Shown here: one piece after another, positions 62,719 through 64,000 of the stretch
Layout: the number at the start of each line of letters is the position of its first letter
Numbering within the stretch: the first letter of the stretch is position 1
Assembly: GCA_047495785.1 (NCBI GenBank)
Contig: JBLDXI010000054.1
Coordinates: 2,046,001-2,110,000, forward strand
DNA: 64,000 bases
Direction: 5' to 3'
Source of the DNA: Lepidodermella squamata
Lineage: Eukaryota; Animalia; Gastrotricha
The notes under the pieces: generated by a model
Told to the model about the DNA's origin: nothing
Seen by the model: only the letters and a program-made list of their open reading frames with translations
The model's database searches: none
Position numbers and translations under genes: made by a program

Positions 62719-64000
62719 ATGTCGTCCCCTTTCGGTCTAATTCGAGTTGTAAACATGCTGAAAGTGAAGACTTTCGACGCTCCAGCATGGGTGCGGCAGA
62801 TAAACTCGAAAGATGCGACGAGAATAAATTTCGAGTACGTCGAAAAAATCGAGAGCGAATACGACACCGACAAGCGCAAGGGCGTTGCTAAATTTTGTGA
62901 AATTCTCAATTTTAATCTGGAGCGAGACCTCGAGATTTATGTTCAAGCAGCTAGAGAACTGCGGCTGGACTCAATCGTCAATGCGATACTAGCTGAATTG
63001 GACGCTATTACCCACCCTAAGGAGGGCGAGTACCCGTCAAAGGAAGATACAGAAGCGGCTAAAATTCTGTTAGAAAAACTAAAACCTAGACGAGAAGCTC
63101 CCAAAGTTGAGAATGAGCCAAACAGGTAAAATGAATACGAAATTTGAATTTAGGTCCTTTAAACGATCATATTATCAGAAAACCAGAGGAGCCTGCCAAT
63201 CCCCAACCTGTGCCCGATAGCAAGCCGAACAAGCCGAAAACAATGGATCTAAAGCAACTGCCGGCGCTACTTGATGAGCAACTTGATAACGACTACAACC
63301 GCGTCCAATCTGCGAAAATCGTGGGAAGCCGTGTTGATAATCGAGACGGAATCCTCCGCAGATTTGTCTCAAAAATTGACAATGTTGTTACAGAGCCGCC
63401 ATCTGCAAATAACTCCAATGACTCCGCAAAAATTAACATTTTCATAAGTTATTGCAGGCGTAGTCGCAAGGAAGCAGTTCATGAAATGGCCAATTACCTC
63501 ATGAATCAGCCTGACTTGACAGTTTGGATTGATATGCAAAATATCAGTGGCTACTCTTATGAATCTATGGCTAAGGTATGAACTACATTTCTAAAAGAAA
63601 CTAGCGTAAAAATTGCTGAACAGGGAATCGACGAGGCAGATATTGTAATATGTTTCTTCAGTCAAGAATACTCCCTCAGCCCAAACTGCAGACGAGAAAT
63701 TGAGTATGCCGCCAATAAGAATAAAGACATCCTACCGATTAGGGTCGAGAAAGGCTACCGACCCGATGGATGGCTCTTGTTCATCTTCAAATCGCAGCTT
63801 CGATTTGATTATTGTGAAGGAGATAACTTCCAAGAATGTGCTGCTAAAATCATCCAAACTGTAAAATATATGATTGGACCCAATGCTACGGCTTCAACTA
63901 AGGGCAATGTGCCTATAGAGAAAACCAGCTCATTCAAGTTAGTCAACCTATATATCAAGTAATTAAAAAGTCCCCAATAATTTTGCAGCTTCAAGGCTAT
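62719..64000 (+). CDS. TIR (TIR_2-type) domain protein with helical, possibly CARD/death-fold, N-terminus; 3' end at 63962 or beyond the window
   Basis: Exons 62719-63125, 63179-63575, 63624 onward; IFISY..., VWID...SMAKGIDEADIVICFFSQEYSLSPNCRREIEYA...ILPIRVE..YRPDGWL. Confidence 0.85.

Overview
Eukaryotic (metazoan invertebrate) genomic DNA. It is AT-rich, most introns are short (about 50-60 bp, GT-AG), and it carries many MITE-like inverted repeats. The taxon cannot be fixed from the sequence alone. The main feature is a co-oriented cluster at 5-25 kb on the + strand. It holds six paralogous genes, plus one 5' fragment, for a secreted precursor I do not recognise (signal peptide, propeptide, RR/KR, then a near-invariant 35-aa C-x9-C peptide ending ...NRVGFYIWAQxLARxIxxGQ). 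These are interleaved with three intronless, divergent Cys-loop (nAChR-like) channel genes that lack an obvious signal peptide and the ACh-site residues. A GPI-anchored Ly6/three-finger gene lies about 4.5 kb beyond the cluster. The rest of the window encodes a Habc-only syntaxin-7/12-like protein, two RING proteins, an 8-Cys toxin-like prepropeptide whose second exon is missed by the ORF track, an Elk/TCF-like ETS factor, a polyamine-oxidase-like pseudogene, a protein with 8 tandem divergent homeodomains, and a TIR-domain protein that keeps the catalytic Glu. All gene models were spliced by hand from GT-AG sites and frame continuity; no database searches were run.
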